From positions 1-35,695 of IMG/VR virus record IMGVR_UViG_3300021446_000035: 35,695 nt of DNA; one strand, 5' to 3'. This stretch comes from a virus (lineage: Duplodnaviria; Caudoviricetes). Numbering within the stretch: the stretch's first letter is position 1; every line of letters starts with the position of its first letter. The position numbers and the translations under genes were made by a program. Below the pieces are notes generated by a model that did not search any database, was not told where the DNA came from, and saw nothing but the letters and a program-made list of their open reading frames with translations. Shown here piece by piece: positions 1 to 8,020 of the stretch.

Positions 1-21
1 AGGACGTGGCTCTGTGCCTGT

Positions 22-124
22 GGAACCAGTAGCTCAATTGGCAGAGCAGTCGGGGCCAGTGCAACATCACCGGGTCTTAGAATAACACGAAAGGTTGGGG
101 GTTCAAGTCCCTCCTGGTTTCCCA
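22..124 (+). ncRNA. tRNA-like RNA with a 43-nt expanded anticodon arm (tRNA mimic or intron-containing tRNA)
   Basis: Acceptor stem GAACCAG(23-29)/CTGGTTT(114-120) plus G22:C121 and an encoded CCA (122-124). D-arm GCTC-AATTGGCA-GAGC (32-47), variable loop AGGTT, T-arm GGGGG-TTCAAGT-CCCTC (97-113). The anticodon region 49-91 is 43 nt instead of 17. Confidence 0.8.
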
Positions 125-161
125 TTGAACACAGTTTGCTTACAAACTCCTCAAGTACGCC

Positions 162-671
162 ATGAAGAAGAGAAACGTTAGAAAACTGTGGGACCGTCTC
201 CAGAGAGAACTGGGAGGTGCCCACACTGCAAGAGAATCGCTGAAAGAATACGGATGGAGCTTTGCATTCGACAAGGCGAAGAGAAGGATCGGACATACCA
301 AGTTCCAAGAGAAAACCATAAGTCTTAGCATCACTCTTATCCGAAATGGACTGAGCAAGGACCAAGTGGAAGAGACTCTTCGCCACGAGATTGCCCACGC
401 TATCGATTACGAGAATCGAGGGACTTCCGATCACGGACCTGAATGGAAGTCAATGGCCCGGAAATGTGGAGCCAATCCTGAGCGAAAAGGAAGCATTCCT
501 AACGAGGTTGTGCCCGACTACCGATGGTACCGCCGATGTCCCAACTGCGAGACAATCGTTGGTCAATACTACAGCAAGCCCACAAGCGATAAGTACGTGT
601 GCAAAAGCTGTCGTGGAGATCTCGTTGTCATGAAAGGTCCTGGGCACCCCGACGTAAACTCTTCCTCATAG
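162..671 (+). CDS. SprT-like zinc metalloprotease with C-terminal zinc ribbon
   Basis: HEIAH (HExxH) motif followed by 'HGPEWK..A...GA', and C-terminal CPNC...CKSC. This is the typical SprT-like architecture. Confidence 0.85.
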   Translation: MKKRNVRKLWDRLQRELGGAHTARESLKEYGWSFAFDKAKRRIGHTKFQEKTISLSITLIRNGLSKDQVEETLRHEIAHAIDYENRGTSDHGPEWKSMARKCGANPERKGSIPNEVVPDYRWYRRCPNCETIVGQYYSKPTSDKYVCKSCRGDLVVMKGPGHPDVNSSS

Positions 672-686
672 ACAATACATGATTCA

Positions 687-1157
687 ATGAAACCCGACTC
701 CTTTAAAGTATCAGAGGTTGGCGCACTACCGACTTACAAGTTGGATCCAGGTGACAAGCTCCAGGAGGGAGACTATCAGCTTGTTGGAGAAACCTTCAAA
801 ACAATCAATCCAAGACAGATTGGAAGAAATGTCCCTCGTGGAGGCTCATACATTCGCCTGATTTCAAATGGAGTGACCAAAATTCAGGAGGAAAGACATC
901 TCCAGAAAGAAAAGGGTTATGATGTTGAACACGACCTACAGCATAACGACCGAGAGTTGCCAAAAGCGGCAGTATGCATCTTGCTTTACCATCTTCTGGG
1001 AGACCACCCGATGACCACTGACCACTCCTGGTTTCGAGCCCTCCCAACGTGGATACAGAAGTTGGGGGACGATCTCTCACTCCAGTACAAAAGGGCTCTT
1101 CGAGTAGCAGGAGCCTTCTGTGCTGCCGAGCTAGACCGAATAGAGAACAGTGAATAG
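687..1157 (+). CDS. Phage protein with conserved C-terminal all-alpha domain (possible nucleotide pyrophosphohydrolase-like)
   Basis: The C-terminal half 'IQEERHLQ..KGYDVEHD..H.D.EL..AA...AGAFCAAELDRI' matches a widespread phage family pattern (ER.RQ...G...EHDD.H...EL..AA...AGALI.AE..R). Function is inferred. Confidence 0.55.
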   Translation: MKPDSFKVSEVGALPTYKLDPGDKLQEGDYQLVGETFKTINPRQIGRNVPRGGSYIRLISNGVTKIQEERHLQKEKGYDVEHDLQHNDRELPKAAVCILLYHLLGDHPMTTDHSWFRALPTWIQKLGDDLSLQYKRALRVAGAFCAAELDRIENSE

Positions 1158-1189
1158 CTCTTTCCCTCTCCAAAGTCACAACCAGCATT

Positions 1190-1486
1190 ATGGCAACGAC
1201 AACCATGGGGCCACAGCACGACTTTCGGGCCTCTTTCCAAGAGCGTATAGAAGACGCAGTGGACTTTCTGGAAGAGGAGCTTCCGGAAGCGAGCATTGAG
1301 CTGGATAATCCCTCGTTCATTATGACCGGTCTTCACCAGGAGCCCCACTACATGATCGTCATCGAAGACTGTGGCCGATCGAGAGAGCTAATCGATGGTC
1401 TTGCGGACTCGATGTACGACATCGTAGCCAAGGTCAGAGGCGTTGACCACTACGAGCACGGGGCAGAAATCTATGTCCTGGCCTAA
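1190..1486 (+). CDS. Hypothetical acidic protein
   Basis: ATG ORF in the co-oriented gene chain, preceded by the CAACCAGCA leader motif (1179-1187). Confidence 0.75.
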   Translation: MATTTMGPQHDFRASFQERIEDAVDFLEEELPEASIELDNPSFIMTGLHQEPHYMIVIEDCGRSRELIDGLADSMYDIVAKVRGVDHYEHGAEIYVLA

Positions 1487-1530
1487 CTCCCTTTCCAACT
1501 ACTTACTAGCTATCACAACCAGCACACGTT

Positions 1531-2091
1531 ATGCCCCTCGCCATCGAAGCTGGTGGGGATGGCGTGCAGAAATCAGGCACTCCTCCACCGGCGATCAAAA
1601 ACGAAGAGGTTCTGGAAAAAGGGTGGTACGTTCATGTCCGGGAAGTCCATGGAGAGACAGACGACGCCATTGCTTTGACCAAGGCCAAGGGAGGCACCGT
1701 TTGGCTTCCGAAATCTGTGATCCACGTGGTCCCTATTCGAAATGGCCGCGTGGACATCTGGATAGACCCAGACTTTGCCATGGAGCACCAGAAAGGATAC
1801 GACGAGCTTCTGGGCCCCAGCGGCAAGGAGGACCTCCCAGAGCCGACCCACGATCCCGAAGACTTTGAGATCGTGGTGGACAACCCGTCTGCCAAGATTG
1901 GGAATCCCTCCTACGAGGCCTCCTATATCGACCATGAGACTCATAAGGCGGTTGCTCTTCCGACGAAGGAGGAAGACATGGTGTGGCTCCCCAAGAGCCA
2001 AATTCATGTCGAGAGATCCCAAGAGATGGTCAAGGCCTGGATTCCTCGATGGCTTTCCAAAAAGAAACCAAAACTACACAGCCTGAAGTGA
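1531..2091 (+). CDS. Hypothetical protein with two WLPKS-motif domains
   Basis: Internal duplication: 'A.ALT...GTVWLPKSVIHV...IWI' and 'AVALPT...MVWLPKSQIHVE...AWIPRWL'. Leader motif at 1516-1524. Confidence 0.8.
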   Translation: MPLAIEAGGDGVQKSGTPPPAIKNEEVLEKGWYVHVREVHGETDDAIALTKAKGGTVWLPKSVIHVVPIRNGRVDIWIDPDFAMEHQKGYDELLGPSGKEDLPEPTHDPEDFEIVVDNPSAKIGNPSYEASYIDHETHKAVALPTKEEDMVWLPKSQIHVERSQEMVKAWIPRWLSKKKPKLHSLK

Positions 2092-2092
2092 T

Positions 2093-2341
2093 ATGAACAA
2101 ACTCGTTGAGAACCCCGAGTACTTCCAGAACGGACATCGCTACGACACTCGTGACCCTGTACAAGAGTCAGAGAAGGCGCTTGCCTTCGAAGTCCACTCA
2201 CACGCTTCCGGAAGTTCGATGGTGTGGCTTCCGAAGTCACAAATCCACGCGGAAGGCGGAAGTGGACACGTTACCGTTTGGGTAGCGGAATGGCTGGTCG
2301 AGAAAAAGCCTCGACTCAAGCAACTGAAGGACCCCGAGTAG
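2093..2341 (+). CDS. Hypothetical protein, single WLPKSQI domain (paralog of the upstream gene)
   Basis: 'EKALAF...MVWLPKSQIHAE...VWVAEWLVEKKPRL' is clearly homologous to the C-terminal domain of 1531-2091. Confidence 0.8.
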   Translation: MNKLVENPEYFQNGHRYDTRDPVQESEKALAFEVHSHASGSSMVWLPKSQIHAEGGSGHVTVWVAEWLVEKKPRLKQLKDPE

Positions 2342-2350
2342 GAAAACTCC

Positions 2351-2369
2351 TATAACCATTTTGGTTATA
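2351..2369. promoter_or_regulatory. Perfect inverted repeat (candidate operator or hairpin)
   Basis: TATAACCA-TTT-TGGTTATA in an intergenic gap, just upstream of the CCCTTTACC/CAACCAGCA leader. Confidence 0.45.
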
Positions 2370-2414
2370 CGGTTCAAGCTCCCTTTACCTCACACCAACC
2401 AGCAAACACGCGAT

Positions 2415-2759
2415 ATGAATACCCCTGATCTAGGAGTCCCCGACGCACTCGAAAACCTCCTCGGTGGAATTACCAACGGTGAACACACCGCCCCACGGCA
2501 CACGCCGAACCACAGCCAGGAGCTGACTCGTGGACGCCGAAAGACCCTTCGGGAAACCGGATGGAATGGCGTCCAGGGCACACACAAGCAGCAGAAATAC
2601 GTCAAGCTGCGGAAGCTCAAGCGGCGGAAACAGGAGGCCGAGCGGCAGGTGAATCACCACTCAGGCAAGCGAGCGGAGCAATTTCAGGCTCACGCAGACC
2701 AGCTTGCCGAACGGATTGAAAGGCAGGAGGAGAAGATTGCACAAGCGGAGTCCGCGTAG
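2415..2759 (+). CDS. Hypothetical basic coiled-coil protein
   Basis: Start moved to ATG 2415, which follows the leader motif (2396-2404). Lys/Arg-rich helix followed by a heptad-like C-terminus. Confidence 0.7.
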   Translation: MNTPDLGVPDALENLLGGITNGEHTAPRHTPNHSQELTRGRRKTLRETGWNGVQGTHKQQKYVKLRKLKRRKQEAERQVNHHSGKRAEQFQAHADQLAERIERQEEKIAQAESA

Positions 2760-2768
2760 CAGGAACCC

Positions 2769-2801
2769 AAGGCCCCGGCAGCTACCACTGTTGGGGCCTT
2801 T
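2769..2801 (+). terminator. GC-rich hairpin, possible intrinsic terminator
   Basis: AAGGCCCCGGCAG-CTACCA-CTGTTGGGGCCTT(T) directly after the stop at 2759. The U-tract is short. Confidence 0.5.
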
Positions 2802-2804
2802 GCT

Positions 2805-3062
2805 ATGGACCTATTCGAGATTTGCCTTGTACTCCTCACTCTCTTTTCAATTAGCGCTCTTACTACCATGTATACTATCTGGTACATTGAGGGTGAAGGA
2901 AGGGTGAGGAAAACGACAGGTGATTTCGAGACCCTCCAATCAATCCATCAAAATCATGCCCTTGCGAAAGTTCAGAGTGGGGGAAGAAACGTCCTTAGTA
3001 CCATCGGTGGAACCCTGGAGGACATTAAGGCCCTCCAAGACAAAGGCCTCATCGATTCCTGA
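2805..3062 (+). CDS. Small hypothetical membrane protein
   Basis: N-terminal hydrophobic stretch (ICLVLLTLFSISALTTMYTIWYI). Confidence 0.5.
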   Translation: MDLFEICLVLLTLFSISALTTMYTIWYIEGEGRVRKTTGDFETLQSIHQNHALAKVQSGGRNVLSTIGGTLEDIKALQDKGLIDS

Positions 3063-3278
3063 GAATCCAATCAGGGATCAATCCAGGGTTAGTCTCCAGT
3101 GGCTCATCTCCTACTACAGAAGAAAAAGCCAAGGGCACAGGTCTATCTGCCAAAAGTACCTCTTGAAAGGGAAGACAGACAGGGCAGAGAAGCATCGCTA
3201 CATGGCAATAGGGTATCAACAGAAAAAGGAGGCTCTCACCTCCTTTCGTCACTGTCGAATGAACTAACCCTTTCTCCT

Positions 3279-3407
3279 ATGCTCGCCACCATACTGAGTA
3301 CCCGTGTTTCATTTTCACTCAAAGAACGGTGGGTGATGCTGTACCAGTTGGATTATGATCCCGATGGGGTCATGCATCCAAAAATACTAGTTGAGAAGGA
3401 GTTCTAG
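3279..3407 (+). CDS. Small hypothetical protein (42 aa)
   Basis: ATG at 3279 preceded by CCCTTTCTCCT, which resembles the leader motif. It is the 3' part of the listed 3099-3407 frame. Confidence 0.35.
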   Translation: MLATILSTRVSFSLKERWVMLYQLDYDPDGVMHPKILVEKEF

Positions 3408-3437
3408 GCTCCCTCAATTACCATGGATACAACGGTT

Positions 3438-3690
3438 ACCACACCACCACCACTTCGTGGGGTGGGTGGTTATGGACGTGCGGACGGACGGGCGCAGTCC
3501 TATTGACAAGTGCCGTTTTCGTTCCAGCTATTCCCCTTAGTCTGTATGCAATTCACAGACTTGCTCTAGGGGATCGTGTGGCCCTTGTTTCGGCGGTTGT
3601 TGTCCGAAACAGGGGTGTCAGCATTTTGCTGAAGGTCTGGTCTACCTGGCGTTACTGAAACAGACTCTCTCGCTCTTTCAAACTAGACCC
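3438..3690 (+). ncRNA. Highly structured non-coding region (ncRNA or 5' leader of the DNA polymerase operon)
   Basis: Five consecutive hairpins or helices (3438-3470, 3533-3572, 3582-3615, 3618-3632, 3634-3689) in an ORF-free ~290-nt gap. TTGACA at 3503-3508. Confidence 0.55.
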
Positions 3691-3700
3691 TCTACCAGCA

Positions 3701-4066
3701 ATGAGCAACCAGCAGCCCCTCCCTATCGACCAGGAATCTCTCAATGAGCGCGATAGTGAAGAAGCTAACAATAGCTCCAGGGAAGATGACACGGGGCTTT
3801 GGAAAGTGGGCGACAGTTACTATTCTATCGATCAGATGGAGGACGACTTTCTCCGAACGGCGTACTTCCACGCGCTCAAGAAGATTAGTGAGCACGCGCA
3901 GAAGATTCTTCGTCACCAGCAGTCCCTCCAGAAGTTCATGGAGAAGGCCGACGAGCTGGAAGCTGAGGCAGAGTCCCGCGACTTCACGGAGTGGATTCCG
4001 GTAGACGCGGAGTCTGCCATGCGCGAAGCCCTTTCCAACAACCAGCAAGAGACCGTCGATGCCTGA
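3701..4066 (+). CDS. Hypothetical acidic protein
   Basis: ATG directly after CCCTCTACCAGCA. Its end overlaps the polymerase start by 8 nt. Confidence 0.8.
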   Translation: MSNQQPLPIDQESLNERDSEEANNSSREDDTGLWKVGDSYYSIDQMEDDFLRTAYFHALKKISEHAQKILRHQQSLQKFMEKADELEAEAESRDFTEWIPVDAESAMREALSNNQQETVDA

Positions 4067-5903
4067 TACGTATTTCTATGACTTGGAGATATTCGAGAAC
4101 TGCTTCATGGCGTCGTTCCAGAAGCGGGGCTCGGAGGAGATCAAGACAGTGACGGTCCATCCTTCGAAGGCCACCGACCGGCTGGGAGACCTTCTGTCTC
4201 TCTTCCGGTCTGGTGGTTTCTTCGTGGGATACAACAGCCGTCACTTCGACGATCCCATCATGCACTACATTCTCAAAACCAGCTTCAAGAACCGACAACA
4301 GTTTCTCCGGAAGACGTTCGACAAGGCGCAGGAGATTATCAATGGCCGTGGGGCCGGGAAGTGGAAATACGGCGTGCCCTTCCGGCAAATTGACCTCATG
4401 CAGGTCGGCAATCTCTACACCAAAAGCCTGAAGGAGATTGCCATCAACCTGAAGTGGGAGCGCATCCAGGATTTCCCGTACGACTTCAACCATCAAGTTC
4501 AGATGGACGAGCTTGGGGACCTGCGGAAGTATAACCACAACGACGTGGGGATTACCTCCGCCCTCTTCGAGGAGTTGAAAGACGACATCAACCTTCGACT
4601 CTTCATTAGCCGCGAGGAGAACGTCGATGTGCTCGACGCCTCCAACCAACGCATTGCCGACGTCCTTCTGGAAAAGAAGTACAGCAAGGCAACGGGCGTC
4701 CCCCAGCACGTCTTCAAGGGAGACCAGACGACCTACGATGAACCTCTGAAAATGAAGAATATCATCGTAGATGATATAGGGTTTTCCCATCCGAACCTTT
4801 CCTCCCTCCTCGGCGAGATGAAGGAGGAGAGCATCATGCCGGGGGATTCATTCAAAAAAGAAGTCCCCGCCGGCAACCAGCTTTACACCGTCGCCAAGGG
4901 TGGTCTCCACTCCAACCACGACAGCGAGTGGATCGAGCCCAAGGCTGGACAGAAGCTGATCGACGCCGACGTGGGCAGCTACTACCCGTTTCTCGTCTTC
5001 CGCAACAATTTCTGCCCCGCCCACCTCAGCAGCGAGTTCGTTGACGTCTTGAAGGAAATTACGCTGGACCGGATCAACGACAAGAAGGAGGGCAACTGGA
5101 CGGCCTCGGCGGCCAAGAAGATCGTCATTAACGCCGTCTACGGCAAGTCCAGAGACCATAACTCGTGGATGCATGACCCAATGGTGACGTATCAGGTGAC
5201 GATCAACGGGCAGCTTTACCTCCTGATGCTGATCGACAGGCTGGAGCAGGCCGGATTTCCCGTGGTCTACGCCAACACCGATGGCGTGACCGCCAGAGTA
5301 GATGCCTCCCGCGAGGACGAGTACAGAGAAATCTGCGAGCAGTGGGAGGAGCAGACTGGATTCATCCTCGACTACGAGGAGTTCAACTGGTTTGCCTTGG
5401 CGGACGTCAACAACTTCATCGCGGAGAAGGAAGGCGGCTCGATGAAGAGAAAAGGCCGCTTCAACAAGAACAGGCACGTCGGCACCTGGGGCCTTGGCCG
5501 CTCTTTCGACATGCCGATTGTCCCCATTGCCATCGAAGAATACTTCGTGAGCGGCACTCCACCGGAGAAAACCATCTCCGAGCACGACGACGTGCTGGAC
5601 TTCTGCACGACACAAAATGTCGGAAAGAAGTTCGATGTCGTCTACAAGACTATCGAAGACAATGAGATGGTCACAAGAGAGTGTCAGCAAACAAATAGGT
5701 GGTATATTGCTGAAATGGGTGGCGTTCTTATCAAGAAGACAGGTTCAAAAGAACAGCTTCTCGAAAGTGGAGAGCATGTTCGCCTTCTAAACACCCCTCC
5801 AACACCGGAAGATCGGGAAGCAGTACGGGAGCAATACTACGTGGAGAAGGCTTATCAAGAAATCAAGCCCATTGATCATCAGCAACTGAGCCTCACGATA
5901 TGA
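4059..5903 (+). CDS. polB: Family B DNA polymerase (crAss-like phage type) with 3'-5' exonuclease
   Basis: ExoI YDLEIF, ExoII GYNSRHFDD, ExoIII YNHNDV. Polymerase motifs A DADVGSYYP, B KIVINAVYGK, C YANTDG. Confidence 0.93.
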   Translation: MPDTYFYDLEIFENCFMASFQKRGSEEIKTVTVHPSKATDRLGDLLSLFRSGGFFVGYNSRHFDDPIMHYILKTSFKNRQQFLRKTFDKAQEIINGRGAGKWKYGVPFRQIDLMQVGNLYTKSLKEIAINLKWERIQDFPYDFNHQVQMDELGDLRKYNHNDVGITSALFEELKDDINLRLFISREENVDVLDASNQRIADVLLEKKYSKATGVPQHVFKGDQTTYDEPLKMKNIIVDDIGFSHPNLSSLLGEMKEESIMPGDSFKKEVPAGNQLYTVAKGGLHSNHDSEWIEPKAGQKLIDADVGSYYPFLVFRNNFCPAHLSSEFVDVLKEITLDRINDKKEGNWTASAAKKIVINAVYGKSRDHNSWMHDPMVTYQVTINGQLYLLMLIDRLEQAGFPVVYANTDGVTARVDASREDEYREICEQWEEQTGFILDYEEFNWFALADVNNFIAEKEGGSMKRKGRFNKNRHVGTWGLGRSFDMPIVPIAIEEYFVSGTPPEKTISEHDDVLDFCTTQNVGKKFDVVYKTIEDNEMVTRECQQTNRWYIAEMGGVLIKKTGSKEQLLESGEHVRLLNTPPTPEDREAVREQYYVEKAYQEIKPIDHQQLSLTI

Positions 5904-6211
5904 AAACAGCTCTTATAGCACTTTTCATCACAACATTTGCATACTCTCAGTACCTTGAGGTTCAACTTTCGAAGACTGAAAATCTCCTAAGCGGTGTCGT
6001 TCGCATTACCTATACCGACCAGAAGAACCTCCCGGAACCAGGGACGAAGCTCTACGAGCACGAGTCTTATCAGGGGTTCGTGAGAGGCCACAACAACGCC
6101 CTGGAAAACATTCGACGCTACATTCGCCAAAATACCGATCATCATGCCCGACTTTTCGAACGACAGCCGAACTCGACGGCAACAGAAAATCGTCAGCCAG
6201 TGGGAGAGTGA
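5900..6211 (+). CDS. Small protein with signal peptide or membrane anchor
   Basis: MKTALIALFITTFAYS is a Sec-type signal. ATGA overlap with the polB stop. Confidence 0.6.
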   Translation: MKTALIALFITTFAYSQYLEVQLSKTENLLSGVVRITYTDQKNLPEPGTKLYEHESYQGFVRGHNNALENIRRYIRQNTDHHARLFERQPNSTATENRQPVGE

Positions 6212-7385
6212 TAAGATCGGGCAGGCGGGCACCGTTCAGGCCTGCACAGGCTTTGGGAAAACGTGGGTCGCCCTGATGGCTCTGAAAAGAGCACAGGAGT
6301 ACGGCTGGGGAAGCGACTTTCTCATTGTCGTCCCCACGCGCTACCTAAAGGAGCAGTGGGAAGAGGACCTAGACGAGTGGGAGATCGATGCCACCGTTGA
6401 GGTCATCAACACCGTGGTCAAAAGCCGATGGAGCGTGGACATTCTCATCCTCGATGAGGTTCACCGCTACGCCTCCAAGATCTTTGGCACGGTGTTTTCC
6501 CGCGTTGAGTACGAGAGCATTCTTGGACTCACCGCTACTCTCCCTTCCGACGAGAAGTACGACCATATTCGCCAGCTCTGTCCCGTCTTCGACAAGGTTA
6601 CACTGGCAGAAGCCCAGCAAGAAGGTTGGGTATCGGACTTTCTCGTCTACAACCTTCCGGTCGAACTTTCCCCGGAAGAGCGGGCCCACTACAAAGACTT
6701 GAACTCTAAGTACCACAGCCACTTTTCCACCTTCGACCACAACTTCAACTGGGCAATGTCATGCTTGAAAAGTAAGGATGCGGCCCGTGACTACGCAAAG
6801 AAGAAAGGATTCGACTACCAGACTGTCCGCAAGGACGCTACGCAGTTTATCCGGAATGTCCAGGCACGGAAGAAATTCCTCTACAACCTGGACACGAAGA
6901 TGGACATTGCAGAGAAGATCCTCTCGAAGTTCCAGCGCATGAGTCTGGTGTTTTCCCAGACCAAGGATGCCGCATCAACGATCGCCAAGCGGTATCCCAA
7001 GGAAGCTGCTGCCTATCACAGCGGCATGACGAAGAAAGAGCAAGAAGAAGCTACAGCTTCTTTTTGTGAGCCAACGGACCCTGTGCGAATCCTTTCCACT
7101 GCACGGGCCCTGGACCAGGGGGCAGACCTTCCCATGGTCTCCCTGGCCGTCGTCATTGCTGGAACCTCGAAGCCGCTACAGTCCATCCAGAGAATGGGGC
7201 GCACCCTTCGGAAAAACGACAAGGGACGCGCCATGATTGTGGAGCTGTACGCCACGGATACCCAGGACGAGAAGTGGTTGAAGAAGAGACAGCGGAAAAC
7301 GCCAAGCCACACTATACGCAGGGTCCGGAATGTCGAAGACATTGTTCTCGACCCTTCCGATGATAAAATCTCAATCGCAGCATGA
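6144..7385 (+). CDS. Superfamily 2 (DExH-box) DNA helicase
   Basis: Walker A CTGFGKT, motif Ia IVVPT, DEVH, GLTAT, 'LDQGADLP' and motif VI QRMGRTLR. Confidence 0.92.
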   Translation: MPDFSNDSRTRRQQKIVSQWESDKIGQAGTVQACTGFGKTWVALMALKRAQEYGWGSDFLIVVPTRYLKEQWEEDLDEWEIDATVEVINTVVKSRWSVDILILDEVHRYASKIFGTVFSRVEYESILGLTATLPSDEKYDHIRQLCPVFDKVTLAEAQQEGWVSDFLVYNLPVELSPEERAHYKDLNSKYHSHFSTFDHNFNWAMSCLKSKDAARDYAKKKGFDYQTVRKDATQFIRNVQARKKFLYNLDTKMDIAEKILSKFQRMSLVFSQTKDAASTIAKRYPKEAAAYHSGMTKKEQEEATASFCEPTDPVRILSTARALDQGADLPMVSLAVVIAGTSKPLQSIQRMGRTLRKNDKGRAMIVELYATDTQDEKWLKKRQRKTPSHTIRRVRNVEDIVLDPSDDKISIAA

Positions 7386-7978
7386 TTCGTGACTTAGACG
7401 ACCTTTTCAGCATCCTGGAAAGATTCGGGATCACAATGGAGCAGTTCATGCTCCCCTATATTCTGTATCTCGACCAGCGTGAGCACGGTGAAGACCCGCT
7501 TCCTCGTGGAGGCGAGGTCATTGCCTATATCTACCGCTACGTCGAGAACATCAATGCGTGGCCCCAAGACGACATCGAAATGATGGTAGAGAAGGGCCTG
7601 ATCAAGGACTTCAACACAGACGACGCGGTGTACCCCGACAATTTGGAAGTGACCGATAAGTTTGCGGAGGAGGTCTTCGCCACCAAAAGCGATTTTGAAC
7701 GCTTCTGGGAGACCTATCCGGCCTTCTGTGAGAACTTCGATGACCCTCGTAAGGACAAGATTCCACTGAAAGCCTCTGTGAAGGAGGAGGTGGAGGAGAT
7801 GTTCTACGACCACGTTCACACCCAGCGAGATTTTCAGAAGCTCATGGAAGCGCTCAAATGGGCCAAGCAGGGAAACAAGCTGAAGATGAATATCGAGAAG
7901 TTCGTTGGCTCCGAATACTGGAAACAGATCGAGGAGCTGATGGAGGATGGCCCAGATCCGGAAGTCCGCATTGTATAG
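7382..7978 (+). CDS. Putative phage replication initiator / helicase loader
   Basis: The 'FERFWETYP' motif is typical of the C-terminal domain of phage replication proteins. The gene lies directly upstream of the DnaB-like helicase. Confidence 0.55.
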   Translation: MIRDLDDLFSILERFGITMEQFMLPYILYLDQREHGEDPLPRGGEVIAYIYRYVENINAWPQDDIEMMVEKGLIKDFNTDDAVYPDNLEVTDKFAEEVFATKSDFERFWETYPAFCENFDDPRKDKIPLKASVKEEVEEMFYDHVHTQRDFQKLMEALKWAKQGNKLKMNIEKFVGSEYWKQIEELMEDGPDPEVRIV

Positions 7979-8020
7979 GCCTCCCTTTACCACCAGTCAG
8001 TCAACCAGCAACCATAGCCT

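Noticed and set aside
2920-3267. ORF 2920-3267 as a gene or frameshift partner of 2805-3062
   Set aside because: The 3' part looks protein-like, but there is no good start codon outside the overlap and no clear slippery site. Left unannotated.
3503-3534. Sigma70 promoters at TTGACA 3503 and TTGACA 9213
   Set aside because: The -35 boxes are perfect, but there is no convincing -10 hexamer at 16-18 bp spacing.
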